Below, in pieces: positions 54,825 through 64,000 of a stretch of DNA of 64,000 nt (position 1 is the first letter of the stretch; each line of letters starts with the position of its first letter). This DNA comes from an uncultured virus (IMG/VR IMGVR_UViG_3300030116_004105). Lineage: Duplodnaviria > Heunggongvirae > Uroviricota > Caudoviricetes. The notes below the pieces were generated by a model that was given only the letters and a program-made list of their open reading frames with translations, made no database searches and was not told the DNA's origin. The stretch is from positions 1 to 64,000 of IMG/VR virus record IMGVR_UViG_3300030116_004105; one strand, given 5' to 3'. The position numbers were made by a program, and so were the translations under genes.

Positions 54825-54987
54825 TGAACCAATTGTGTGGGGTTGGGAAGAACCCACATACCAACGTAGTAAAGATCATAGAGAGTATCTTATAAAAAAG
54901 TATAATAAAGATAAACCTGAAGATCAACATGTGCATACTATTGAAGAATTAAATAATGCAATAAAAAAAGAAAGAGAGAATAAGTAA
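54817..54987 (+). CDS. Small hypothetical protein
   Basis: Begins MSDEPIVWGWEEP; overlaps the dnaB stop and has TAATG coupling to the next gene. Confidence 0.5.
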   Translation: MSDEPIVWGWEEPTYQRSKDHREYLIKKYNKDKPEDQHVHTIEELNNAIKKERENK

Positions 54988-55664
54988 TGGCACAAGAAGT
55001 ATTAATAGTTGGAGCAAGTGGGACAGGGAAATCCACTTCAATAGAAAACCTAAACCCTGAGTCTACATTCATTGTAAACGTGGCACGTAAAGCACTGCCA
55101 TTCAAAGGATGGAAGACTAAGTATCCTACATTCAACAAAGAAAATCCTGACGGTAGATTCTATTCTAGTGATGTACCACAAGAGATTCTTAAATGTTTGA
55201 ATTACATTAATGACAACCGTCCTGAGATAAAGACAATTGTTGTTGATGATTATCAATACACTATGGCAAACGAGTATATGCGTAGAGCTAACGAAACTGG
55301 TTTCAAGAAGTTTACTGAGATTGCTCAGAACGCTTGGTCTATAATCAATGCAGTTAAGTCTATGCGTGACGATTTGCTTGTAGTATTTATGATGCACTCA
55401 GAAGTTACATTCGATGCTCACGGTAATAAAGTTACCAAGGCTAAGACTATCGGTAAGATGATGGATAACGTTGTAACACTTGAGGGTATGTTTACTATTG
55501 TATTGTATACAGATGTCACGAAGAGTGAAACAGGTATGGAGTATGCATTCATTACACAAAATGATGGTACTAATACTGGTAAATCTCCAAAGGATATGTT
55601 TGGATCTGTTAAAATACCAAACGATTTAGCAATGGTAGCAAAGGCTATCGAAGATTATCAATAA
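54987..55664 (+). CDS. AAA_24/Sak4-like ATPase (putative recombinase)
   Basis: GASGTGKSTS, IVVDD and KTIGKMMD...EGMFTIVL motifs. Confidence 0.75.
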   Translation: MAQEVLIVGASGTGKSTSIENLNPESTFIVNVARKALPFKGWKTKYPTFNKENPDGRFYSSDVPQEILKCLNYINDNRPEIKTIVVDDYQYTMANEYMRRANETGFKKFTEIAQNAWSIINAVKSMRDDLLVVFMMHSEVTFDAHGNKVTKAKTIGKMMDNVVTLEGMFTIVLYTDVTKSETGMEYAFITQNDGTNTGKSPKDMFGSVKIPNDLAMVAKAIEDYQ

Positions 55665-55692
55665 GTAATAATTAATTTAAAAAGAGAGACAA

Positions 55693-56253
55693 ATGTACGG
55701 AAGTAATGTCGAAAGTAACAGTACTGGTGGAGTATCACCAGAGGTAGGTATCGTAGAAAATTGCGAACTAGTAAGTGTAACAATGAACACAGATAAAGGT
55801 GGTAGACTTGACTTTGAGTTCAAGCAGCCAAATGGTGCAACAGTTAAGCATGCAGAGTTCCCTGCTAATCCAGACTATGGTGATGTAGAGAAACAAGCTA
55901 CAGATGTATCACGTCGTGTAAAGCATATTGCTACTAAGTTTATGCCTGAATCAGAGTTTGTGATTACAGATGTAAGTAGCTTTGAAGAGTATGGCCACAA
56001 GGTTACAAGCTTGTTCGGTCAAAAATTCTTGGGTAGAAAATTCAGAATGCTATTTATCTACAAAGGTAAGTATGTATCTCTACCTAAGTATCCTAACTTT
56101 ATTGAAGGTATGGAGACAACTGCAGATAAGACTAACATCTATATCTCAGACTACAACAAGAAGAAGCTTGTTAAGCCTGAACCAGATGCAAGTCCAGTGA
56201 CTGCTGCAGCTATGGCTACTACAACAACTAATGGATCTGACATGCCATTCTGA
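55693..56253 (+). CDS. Putative SSB partner of the Sak4-like ATPase
   Basis: Follows the AAA_24 gene; flexible tail ending SDMPF. Confidence 0.55.
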   Translation: MYGSNVESNSTGGVSPEVGIVENCELVSVTMNTDKGGRLDFEFKQPNGATVKHAEFPANPDYGDVEKQATDVSRRVKHIATKFMPESEFVITDVSSFEEYGHKVTSLFGQKFLGRKFRMLFIYKGKYVSLPKYPNFIEGMETTADKTNIYISDYNKKKLVKPEPDASPVTAAAMATTTTNGSDMPF

Positions 56254-57326
56254 TGTATGGTAGCAGAGTAGTAGAACTTAGTGATGAGGAGATTCTAGGC
56301 AGAATTAACTGCCTAGACATCTACTCATACTACATAGGTAAAGATTTTAAATATGGGAGGGCTATGTGCTCTCCTTTACGTAAAGATAAATCTCCTTCTT
56401 TTACTATCTTCAAACATAATAGTGGTAAGTATTTTTTCAAAGACTTTAGTACTGGTGAGACAGGTGACTGTTTTACTTTTCTTACTAAACTCTTTGGGTT
56501 GAAACGGTTTGATACATACAAACTTGTAGATAATGACTTTCAGCTTGGAATATCTACTACTAGTTTTTCTACCCCTACAAGACAGTATGTTGGTGAGCGG
56601 GTAAAAGAGTTACAAGATATAGAACCATCTACTACTACTATACAAATTAAATCTCGTTCCTGGAATGCGCAGGAAGATAAAAATTTCTGGTCTAAATATG
56701 GAATATGTTGTAACATCCTTAATAAATTTCACGTCCGACCCGCAGAACACGTGTGGGTTAATGATCGTCTTATTGTTAGCGCTAATCGTTACAATCCGAT
56801 ATACGCTTATGATTTTGGGCAAGGACGAATGAAAATATATCAGCCTAATAGCAAATATAAATGGCTTAGTAATACTAGTGCATCAGACTTACAAGGTCTG
56901 AGTCAACTGCCTGATGGCGGAAACACACTAGTAATTACTAAATCATTGAAAGATGTTATGTGTTTGAGTATATGGGATATACCTGCGGTGGCGCCATCGT
57001 CAGAGAGTTGTGTCATTCCTGCAGATGTTGTTAAGAATTTATATGACAGATTTGCACGAATATATATATTGTATGACTTTGATCGCACTGGAATATCTTT
57101 TGCTAATAAGCATAGGAAGTTGTATGGATTTATACCGTTATTTTTTACTAATGGAAAATTTAATACCTTTGACTACAAAGCAAAAGATCTGTCAGACTTT
57201 ATTGCCAACAATGGCCTTAGAGCAGCTGCAGAGTTAATCGAGTACACATGCCAAGAGGGATATTCATACCAGGAAACGTACCGTCAAGCAAGAACGGTAG
57301 AAGATGGACGGGAAGATACTTTATAG
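56253..57326 (+). CDS. dnaG: DNA primase (degenerate CHC2 zinc finger plus Toprim)
   Basis: CSPLRKDKSPSF...FKDFSTG-GD, ITKSLKDVM, YDFDRTG and KDLSDF motifs. Confidence 0.8.
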   Translation: MYGSRVVELSDEEILGRINCLDIYSYYIGKDFKYGRAMCSPLRKDKSPSFTIFKHNSGKYFFKDFSTGETGDCFTFLTKLFGLKRFDTYKLVDNDFQLGISTTSFSTPTRQYVGERVKELQDIEPSTTTIQIKSRSWNAQEDKNFWSKYGICCNILNKFHVRPAEHVWVNDRLIVSANRYNPIYAYDFGQGRMKIYQPNSKYKWLSNTSASDLQGLSQLPDGGNTLVITKSLKDVMCLSIWDIPAVAPSSESCVIPADVVKNLYDRFARIYILYDFDRTGISFANKHRKLYGFIPLFFTNGKFNTFDYKAKDLSDFIANNGLRAAAELIEYTCQEGYSYQETYRQARTVEDGREDTL

Positions 57327-57634
57327 TTTCCAAACAAACCCAAAGATACTACAAGAATAGTAAGAAGTATTGGATAGAGCATAAGAAAGAATTCAAAAAA
57401 TTATTAAAAGGAAAAGATTCACAAAACAAAGCGCCGTATCGAATCACGTTTAAGTTTATTAGAAAGAGTAGACATAAGTTTGACTACATCAATCCAGCAC
57501 AAACTGTACAAGATCAGATGGTAAAATTCGGGTGGATAACTGATGATAATGCAGAAGAAATCATTCCTATATTCTTAGAGTTTGAATACGATAAAGATAA
57601 TCCAGGAGTTTATATTAATGTTTTAAAATCATAA
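57248..57634 (+). CDS. RusA-like Holliday junction resolvase
   Basis: GNVPSSKN...FDYIN...VQDQMV..GWITDDN motifs. Confidence 0.65.
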   Translation: MPRGIFIPGNVPSSKNGRRWTGRYFIVSKQTQRYYKNSKKYWIEHKKEFKKLLKGKDSQNKAPYRITFKFIRKSRHKFDYINPAQTVQDQMVKFGWITDDNAEEIIPIFLEFEYDKDNPGVYINVLKS

Positions 57635-57636
57635 TT

Positions 57637-57945
57637 ATGACAATTAAATACACAGAGGAATTTAAGACAAAGTGCTTTAATTATCTTAGGCACTTTATGG
57701 ACATTAGATTGCTAACATCTGCTATGGATAATGGCAGAGATGAAGTGGTTCGTTATTATATTGAGAAGGCACTAGATGATCCAGATTTATATGTGGACCA
57801 TATGGTAGATGATGCTGAAAGAAAGATAGCGAATGCTAAAATACATGCTCATGCTCAACGGCAGGAGCTATATAACGAGTATATGGAATTATTAACTAAA
57901 ACACTAGACACAGAAAATGTCCGATCAAAATTATTACGCAAATGA
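57637..57945 (+). CDS. Hypothetical protein
   Basis: 102-aa ORF in the operon. Confidence 0.55.
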   Translation: MTIKYTEEFKTKCFNYLRHFMDIRLLTSAMDNGRDEVVRYYIEKALDDPDLYVDHMVDDAERKIANAKIHAHAQRQELYNEYMELLTKTLDTENVRSKLLRK

Positions 57946-58891
57946 AGCTATATCAAATAGCGATTTAGGAGAATTAAAAATATCTCCACGAAGGTTTGTA
58001 ATGCGTAAGCGACAAGAAATACAAACTAAAAGTGCTGCAATGGAGTTAGGAACTCTTATTCATAAATTTACATTAGAACCAGATACATTTATTGTAGCTG
58101 ATGTAGAGCCAGTCGGTGGTAAGATGGGTGAGTATATTAAAGCCTATCATGAATTAGAGAAAGTTGGTACGCCTGAAGATAAAATAGCTAGTATGGCCTA
58201 TCAAATGTCCGGGTATAAACCCTCTCACTCTAAACCAGAGACTATACTAAAGAGTTTTCAAAAGAAAGAAGAGAATGTAGCTTACTATAATTTCTTAAAA
58301 GATTCTCAAGATAAGATTGCTCTTAGTAAAAGAGATAAGCAGATTATAGAAGGCTGTCTTATGTCTCTACGTGCTCATGTTGTAGCAAATAAATTATTAT
58401 TTACAGATTCAGATCTGCAAACATACAATGAGAAAGAAGTTTATTTCAAACATCATAATGTAGATTGCAAGTCTAAACTAGATAGAATTATTGTAGATGA
58501 TAAGAATAAAACTGTAACTATAGTAGATCTTAAAACAACAAGCTCTCAAGTTTACGGTGAATGTAAACCTCTTAATACTAATACTGGTATACTCTTTAGA
58601 GATTGGCACACTACAGGCTTTATGTATTCTTGTTTACAGTATGCATACTATAGACAACTAGCTTTTTATATTAAAGCTGCTCAAGCAGAGTATCCAGATT
58701 ACAAAATAGAATCTTTTATTATTGCTGTAGATACAAAAGGTTCTTATGATGTAGCTGTATACAAACTACCTGAAGAGTGGTTGAAAGAAGGAGATAATGA
58801 AATACAATGTTTATTATCTGAGTACAAACACTACAAAGAGAGTAATAATTTTAATGTCAAACAAGGGTTTGAAGAGGCTGTAGAATATTAA
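57917..58891 (+). CDS. RecE/exonuclease VIII-like PD-(D/E)XK nuclease (DUF3799-like)
   Basis: ISNSDL, GTLIH, KSKLDRI...VDLKTT and YYRQLAFY motifs. Confidence 0.8.
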   Translation: MSDQNYYANEAISNSDLGELKISPRRFVMRKRQEIQTKSAAMELGTLIHKFTLEPDTFIVADVEPVGGKMGEYIKAYHELEKVGTPEDKIASMAYQMSGYKPSHSKPETILKSFQKKEENVAYYNFLKDSQDKIALSKRDKQIIEGCLMSLRAHVVANKLLFTDSDLQTYNEKEVYFKHHNVDCKSKLDRIIVDDKNKTVTIVDLKTTSSQVYGECKPLNTNTGILFRDWHTTGFMYSCLQYAYYRQLAFYIKAAQAEYPDYKIESFIIAVDTKGSYDVAVYKLPEEWLKEGDNEIQCLLSEYKHYKESNNFNVKQGFEEAVEY

Positions 58892-58900
58892 TTTATAAAT

Positions 58901-59446
58901 ATGATGTTGAATAAATCGTACACATATGTATTACCGATGCTTTCCACAGAGATTGCATTGGTAAAAGAAGGATTAGTGAACACTTTTATTGGTGATCAAG
59001 AATATCCTCTGTATGATAATCACATCTTCTTACTTTATAAATTTAATGGTTCTAAAGAATTTTTGGAATACGAGGATTTTCTAAAGAATACACATTTATT
59101 TGTGTGTTCTTATGATCCTGACAGTACACATGTTATGTATGTGTTCGATGTTCCTGCCTTTTATCAGACGGACTATGATCTGTTTAAGAAAGGTAAGTAT
59201 TCTGAGATGAATAGAGATTACAAAGTTGTAATTTTTGCATTTCATAATATTATGGACCACGAGCACCGTGTTGCACAAGTTCTATTTAAACATCCTGATT
59301 TACGTGAAGAGTGGGAAGAGAGAACAGGCGAGAGTATCCCTGAGAATGCAGAGGTATCTTCAGTACCAGATTTAAATAAAGAAGTTTATAATGAATCTAT
59401 GAAAGTTATTAATCCTTTAAAACCCGAAGAAAAACCATTTGATTAA
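58901..59446 (+). CDS. Conserved hypothetical phage protein
   Basis: 181 aa; DYDLFKKGKYSE motif. Confidence 0.6.
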   Translation: MMLNKSYTYVLPMLSTEIALVKEGLVNTFIGDQEYPLYDNHIFLLYKFNGSKEFLEYEDFLKNTHLFVCSYDPDSTHVMYVFDVPAFYQTDYDLFKKGKYSEMNRDYKVVIFAFHNIMDHEHRVAQVLFKHPDLREEWEERTGESIPENAEVSSVPDLNKEVYNESMKVINPLKPEEKPFD

Positions 59447-61852
59447 ATGAAACTACAACAACAGAGGAACGTCGATGAAGTTATCGGCGTTCAAAAACAA
59501 CACAAGTTCAAAATCACGGACGGATCACAGGCTATCATTATGGATAGCCTTATTAATTTATACTCGGATCCTATTGGTTCGATTGTCCGTGAGATCACTT
59601 CTAATTGTATTGATGCAAATCGTGAGCGAGATCTTAAACTAGATAAGAAGATTCCTATGGAGTCTGAAGATGATACTAGTTTCTGGTCTAATAGGCAAAC
59701 GGTTTGTATCGAATACATTACGAAGAACACCATCCTTGGAGTGGATGAGTGTATGATGTTCCACGATTATGGTTGTGGTCTATCACAGAAGCGTGTGCAA
59801 GATGTATTTACTACATTTGGCGCATCTACTAAGAGAGATAACAACTATGAGATCGGTGGATTTGGCCTAGGTGCAAAATCACCTTTGGCTTATGCAGATA
59901 CCTTCTATGTATCTAGTAGACACAATGGTACCGAGACATATTATATGATCTATCGTAATAACGATAATGTTCCGCATATGGATCAGGTATATCAGGCAGC
60001 TACAGATCAGCAGAATGGTACTACTATTATTGTTCCTATTAAGCAAAGATATGATGCTTCTGACTTTAGCTCTGCTATTAGTAACCAGCTTGCATACTTT
60101 GATAATATTGTATTAAAGAATGTTGAAGAGGGTATAACTACAGTTCGTAACTATTATCATGGTAAGAATGTAATAGAAGAAACAGATTCTTATGTCATCA
60201 CTAATGATGGTGCAGATCCGTGCCTTCTTGTAGGTAGAGTTAGGTATCCTATTAACTGGGATTTACTAAAAGGTGTAGACAAGTATGATTTTAATGCTAG
60301 TGTAGCTTTTAAATTCAAAATTGGTGTGCTTGATCTTGTACCTTCTCGCGAAGAGATACGATATACACCTAAGACTATTGAACTTATTCAGAATGCTTTT
60401 AATAGTGTAAAGAAACAGTTTAAGGATGATTTGACAGCTAAGTACAATGATCTTACAGACTATATTGAATATATACTCGCTATATCTAATATAGGTAGTA
60501 ATAATTATAGATACTCAGCTCTTGAAAGCAGTGATCCGTCAGCTGTAAAAGCTAGTATGGCACAACTAACAGCTTTTGATGTGTCTTATAAACCTAATAT
60601 ACAACTTAGTCCTAGTAATAACTATAATGGTAATTACGGTTTTCATCAAATCTTTGATGGTATATCTGTATATCATTGTAAGAAAACTAGTAACTCTGCT
60701 GCTATAGGTGGTGAGACTATATACAACAAAGAGTTGTTTACCTGGTCTGAATTGTTTACAGCAATGAAGCAAGTAGAGCATATGTATTATGTACAGGGTA
60801 ACTTTAATAAACTTAAGAGTTATTCTATTATGAATGTTAGAGAAGAGCAATCTTTTGTAGCATTTAAAGTAGATAATACTAAAATAGGTGCTAAACTTGA
60901 TTCTAAATCTTATAATCTTACTGACTCTCGTAAGCCTTGGGAGAAGACAGCTACATTTAACACTGTATCTAATCTTCTTCTTAAATCTAAGCTTATGATG
61001 TCTTATGAGGATGTAGAAGATGCAGAGCTTGATGAGTCTTTTGGTGATGTGGTTGATAACAAGACCCGTCGTAAGATAAACAAGATGGTGTTTGCTCGTG
61101 ATGCTTATATTAAATGTACTGGTTATGAGGTAGGTATTAAACACTCTAATAACGAGTATAAGATTTCTGATCTTCAGGAAAAGCTGCAAGCAGAAGATCC
61201 TGTTCTAAAAGCTGTTGTCTATGCTGAGACTAAAGATATATGTGAACTTGATAAGGTTGCTAAGATACTTAGCAGCACCAAGGATTATATCTATAATCAG
61301 TATGGAGGCTATAATTATTACTTTGGAAAACAATATAAGGTTCTAAAAGTGTCTAAAGATGTAGCAAAAGAGTTTAAAGATTTAGAAGGATTTATAACAG
61401 CACATGAGTTTATGAAAAGCCCAAAACATCTGCAGAGATTTATTACTGCACAGCAAATCGGTAAGTATATAGAAAGTTTTAAATTCTTACGTAACTATGA
61501 TGAGTATAATAAGCCATTGTATGGTTTATATTGTTCTCTTAATAAGTATCATAATAGCAATACCAATAGTTGTTGGCGTTGTGATGATGATATGAAGCCT
61601 ATAGTTAAAGAGATTATGAAACTAGATATACCAGACGAGGTTAGGTATAATATGAAGATGATAAATAAGCTAGAAGAAGTGATAGAATACTCACAAGGTT
61701 TAGACCTTTTGAACCATGTAGACTTTACTTCTAAAGCTAGGAAATCTATAGAAGATTTCTTATCTTTAAAGGACAAAATGCCTGACAATCAACAAATTAA
61801 ATTAAAATTAACAGCTAAAAATCAAAATGAAAATGAACTACTTAGTAGCTAA
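59447..61852 (+). CDS. rIIA: rIIA-like protein with an N-terminal GHKL ATPase
   Basis: LYSDPIGSIVREITSNCIDA, DYGCGLS, STKR...IGGFGLGAKS, NGT and SREE motifs; paired with rIIB. Confidence 0.85.
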   Translation: MKLQQQRNVDEVIGVQKQHKFKITDGSQAIIMDSLINLYSDPIGSIVREITSNCIDANRERDLKLDKKIPMESEDDTSFWSNRQTVCIEYITKNTILGVDECMMFHDYGCGLSQKRVQDVFTTFGASTKRDNNYEIGGFGLGAKSPLAYADTFYVSSRHNGTETYYMIYRNNDNVPHMDQVYQAATDQQNGTTIIVPIKQRYDASDFSSAISNQLAYFDNIVLKNVEEGITTVRNYYHGKNVIEETDSYVITNDGADPCLLVGRVRYPINWDLLKGVDKYDFNASVAFKFKIGVLDLVPSREEIRYTPKTIELIQNAFNSVKKQFKDDLTAKYNDLTDYIEYILAISNIGSNNYRYSALESSDPSAVKASMAQLTAFDVSYKPNIQLSPSNNYNGNYGFHQIFDGISVYHCKKTSNSAAIGGETIYNKELFTWSELFTAMKQVEHMYYVQGNFNKLKSYSIMNVREEQSFVAFKVDNTKIGAKLDSKSYNLTDSRKPWEKTATFNTVSNLLLKSKLMMSYEDVEDAELDESFGDVVDNKTRRKINKMVFARDAYIKCTGYEVGIKHSNNEYKISDLQEKLQAEDPVLKAVVYAETKDICELDKVAKILSSTKDYIYNQYGGYNYYFGKQYKVLKVSKDVAKEFKDLEGFITAHEFMKSPKHLQRFITAQQIGKYIESFKFLRNYDEYNKPLYGLYCSLNKYHNSNTNSCWRCDDDMKPIVKEIMKLDIPDEVRYNMKMINKLEEVIEYSQGLDLLNHVDFTSKARKSIEDFLSLKDKMPDNQQIKLKLTAKNQNENELLSS

Positions 61853-62855
61853 AGTAACACCGAGTGATGTTACAGTAATTATTGATGGAAAGCATAAGAG
61901 AATCCGAAAGGATTCTCCTGATGCTGAACTGGTTATTGCTCTCGTAAAGCAATACAATTCTAGTAATGTTCTTGAAGAGAGACAAGATATTGTTACAAAG
62001 ATAGAAGAACTTTGCAATCCTGCAAAGAAAATTGAATTTAATTCTGATGGTAGATTTGAATTTNNNNNNNNNNAATTTGATGGTAATTCAGCTATGTATC
62101 TTAAAGGTACAAGCGATCCGATACCTGAGTTTCTAGCTAAAAAGCTTTTGGAATATATTGACAAAGGTTTGAATGTAGAAGCTCTGGTTAACTTCTGGAA
62201 GAACACGCTTCTTAATCCTGATAAAGGTGTAAGACAGCAGTTGTTCAGCTTCTTAGAACACAATGGTCATCCTATTACAGATAAGGGTTACTTCTTGGCT
62301 TACAAAGCCGTGGGTATTAAACGTAAGTTTGATGTAGAAACCGGTGAAGAGATAGTCAATGTAAGATATGATGAGGATACGGGAGAAAGAGTTGAGGAAA
62401 AACTTTCGCAGTCCATGACATTCAAACCTTTTCATTCTGGCTCACATGGTATGACAATTAAAGTCGGCACGCCTATAACAATGCCGAGAGAAGAGTGTGA
62501 CTCTGATCCTGATGTAACATGTTCAGCAGGTCTACACGTAGGTTCTATGGCGTATGTTCGCGATTTTGGACATAGTGATAGAGTAGTATTGGAGGTATTA
62601 GTTAGTCCTCGTAATGTTGTAGCGGTGCCATCTGACTACAATAATACGAAGATGCGATGCTGTGAGTATTATCCTATTGCTATTACAAATGGTGAGAATG
62701 AGAATATCTATCTTGAATCTGATTATGCTGCATATGATCATGCTTCTATGGAGGCTGACATTGTAAGCTATGAAGAATCTAAGAGAGATGTAATCAAGGA
62801 AATCGAGCGAGAGCTCGCAGAACGGAAAGCAATAGCTGAAGAATTAGTATCATGA
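61827..62855 (+). CDS. rIIB: rIIB-like protein (spans an assembly gap)
   Basis: LVNFW...NP, ITDKGYFLAYK, CSAGLHVGS and VVAVPSDYNNTKMRCCEY motifs. Confidence 0.85.
   Translation: MKMNYLVAKVTPSDVTVIIDGKHKRIRKDSPDAELVIALVKQYNSSNVLEERQDIVTKIEELCNPAKKIEFNSDGRFEFXXXXFDGNSAMYLKGTSDPIPEFLAKKLLEYIDKGLNVEALVNFWKNTLLNPDKGVRQQLFSFLEHNGHPITDKGYFLAYKAVGIKRKFDVETGEEIVNVRYDEDTGERVEEKLSQSMTFKPFHSGSHGMTIKVGTPITMPREECDSDPDVTCSAGLHVGSMAYVRDFGHSDRVVLEVLVSPRNVVAVPSDYNNTKMRCCEYYPIAITNGENENIYLESDYAAYDHASMEADIVSYEESKRDVIKEIERELAERKAIAEELVS
62064..62073. other. 10-N scaffold gap
   Basis: Run of n with AATTT duplicated on both flanks. Confidence 0.95.
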
Positions 62856-63538
62856 GCCATACTGCAGATACTATGATTAACACTCGTAATATTGCAGTAG
62901 ATACTATTGGTGAATCCTGGGCCCAACATTTGGGCTCAGAATTCTCCAAAGAATATATGGCTATTCTATCTGCAACTCTTAAACGAGAAAGAATGACGCA
63001 TACAATATACCCTGAACAACAGGATGTATTTAATGCGTATTTACATACACCTTACGACAAAGTTCGTGTCGTAATACTAGGCCAGGATCCGTATCATAAT
63101 GGTGCGGCGGACGGTCTAGCATTCAGTAGCAAAAAGCCTAACTTTATACCGCAGTCTTTGCGTAATATATTTAAAGAGATAGGCTATGATGCTGTAAAAA
63201 GTCCTAGTTTATATCGATGGGCAGATCAAGGTGTGTTATTACTTAACACATGTCTTACTGTTCGTAAAGGTATGGCAGGATCACATTCAAAGATTGGTTG
63301 GCAAGAGTTTACTCTTCGTACAATACAGGCTTTGAATGATAGACAAGATCAGATTATCTTTCTGCTTTGGGGTGCTCATGCACAAAAGTATGATGAGTAC
63401 ATAGAGCCTAAGCATATAACATTAAGGTCCGCTCACCCTTCACCGTTTTCTGCGCACAGAGGGTTTCTAGGTAGCGGACAATTTAAATGGGTAAATGATT
63501 ATTTTAGTAGTACAGGCCAGGATATAATAAACTGGTAA
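62852..63538 (+). CDS. ung: Uracil-DNA glycosylase, family 1
   Basis: GQDPYH, GLAFS, GVLLLN and HPSPFS motifs. Confidence 0.95.
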   Translation: MSHTADTMINTRNIAVDTIGESWAQHLGSEFSKEYMAILSATLKRERMTHTIYPEQQDVFNAYLHTPYDKVRVVILGQDPYHNGAADGLAFSSKKPNFIPQSLRNIFKEIGYDAVKSPSLYRWADQGVLLLNTCLTVRKGMAGSHSKIGWQEFTLRTIQALNDRQDQIIFLLWGAHAQKYDEYIEPKHITLRSAHPSPFSAHRGFLGSGQFKWVNDYFSSTGQDIINW

Positions 63539-63586
63539 GATCTAGCTGTGTTGTTGATTACTTGTTGTTGTTGCTAGGGATAGATT

Positions 63587-63610
63587 GAGGGGCTTTATGC
63601 CCCTCTTTCT
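63587..63610. terminator. Terminator hairpin between convergent arms
   Basis: GAGGGGC-TTTAT-GCCCCTC-TTTCT, between ung (+) and a minus-strand gene. Confidence 0.7.
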
Positions 63611-63611
63611 A

Positions 63612-64000
63612 TTAATCTTGACAAGCTACAAATACTTCTATTTGTATAGTACCACTAGATGACTTTGCAGCTATACTATCTATATTAGCTAAAGTCTCAC
63701 TTGTACTAAGCGCTGTATCACCATCCTCCATTGCATCCATTTTGTTGTTTCCTAGTAAGAAATGATCTTCTGATTCTAGTTTTACAAAATATTGCGAGTC
63801 TGTCATTTTTACTTTAAGAGTTATATCTGCAGATCCATCTAGGTTTGTAATACGTAAATATTGTACAGAGTCATCTTTAAATGTACCTGCTGATGCAGCT
63901 GCACCAAATTTAACTACATCTACGTATGCTGTACCTACATCCATAATTCTGTGTGATACTTCATTTACAGTTTCAGTGTGTGTATTTGTTGTACCTCTAT
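63612..64000 (-). CDS. Beta-rich putative structural protein, 5'-partial
   Basis: The frame stays open to the window end (…RGTTNTHTETVNEVSHRIMDV…); QYLRITNLD and IEVFVA motifs. Confidence 0.6.
   Translation of the reverse strand, partial: RGTTNTHTETVNEVSHRIMDVGTAYVDVVKFGAAASAGTFKDDSVQYLRITNLDGSADITLKVKMTDSQYFVKLESEDHFLLGNNKMDAMEDGDTALSTSETLANIDSIAAKSSSGTIQIEVFVACQD

Noticed and set aside
62064..62078. Apparent insertion in rIIB
   Set aside because: It is a 10-N gap with AATTT duplicated on both sides; collapsing it gives in-frame FEFDGNS, so it is an assembly artefact.
1..64000. Stop-codon reassignment, as seen in some crAss-like phages
   Set aside because: Genes are full length and tightly packed under code 11, and TAG and TGA both serve as real stops (e.g. 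terL TAG, primase TAG, dnaB TGA).

Overview
This is a 64-kb segment of an AT-rich crAss-like (Crassvirales-type) phage genome that uses the standard genetic code. The host is probably a Bacteroidota/Flavobacteriia bacterium, judged from TAnnTTTG promoters, Gln at +1 after signal peptides and a T9SS sorting domain. Bases 1-45.3 kb (minus strand) hold the packaging, structural and lysis arm: terminase, portal, major capsid protein, ring/tail proteins, giant Cys-rich proteins, an M15 endolysin and a holin. Bases 45.7-63.5 kb (plus strand) hold the replication/recombination arm: PolA, SF2 and DnaB helicases, primase, Sak4-like ATPase, RecE-like nuclease, rIIA/rIIB and UDG. The most notable items are: (1) a four-gene host-envelope cassette fused to the lysis genes, comprising a T9SS cargo with 14 Cys repeats, an outer-membrane beta-barrel, a membrane coiled coil and a CXXC-less thioredoxin; (2) three metzincin-like giant or large proteins, one intact and two degenerate; (3) a D-armless tRNA-like RNA and other structured intergenic elements; (4) host-type late promoters sharing an upstream 13-bp motif. 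All family assignments are by motif recognition and synteny, with no database searches.
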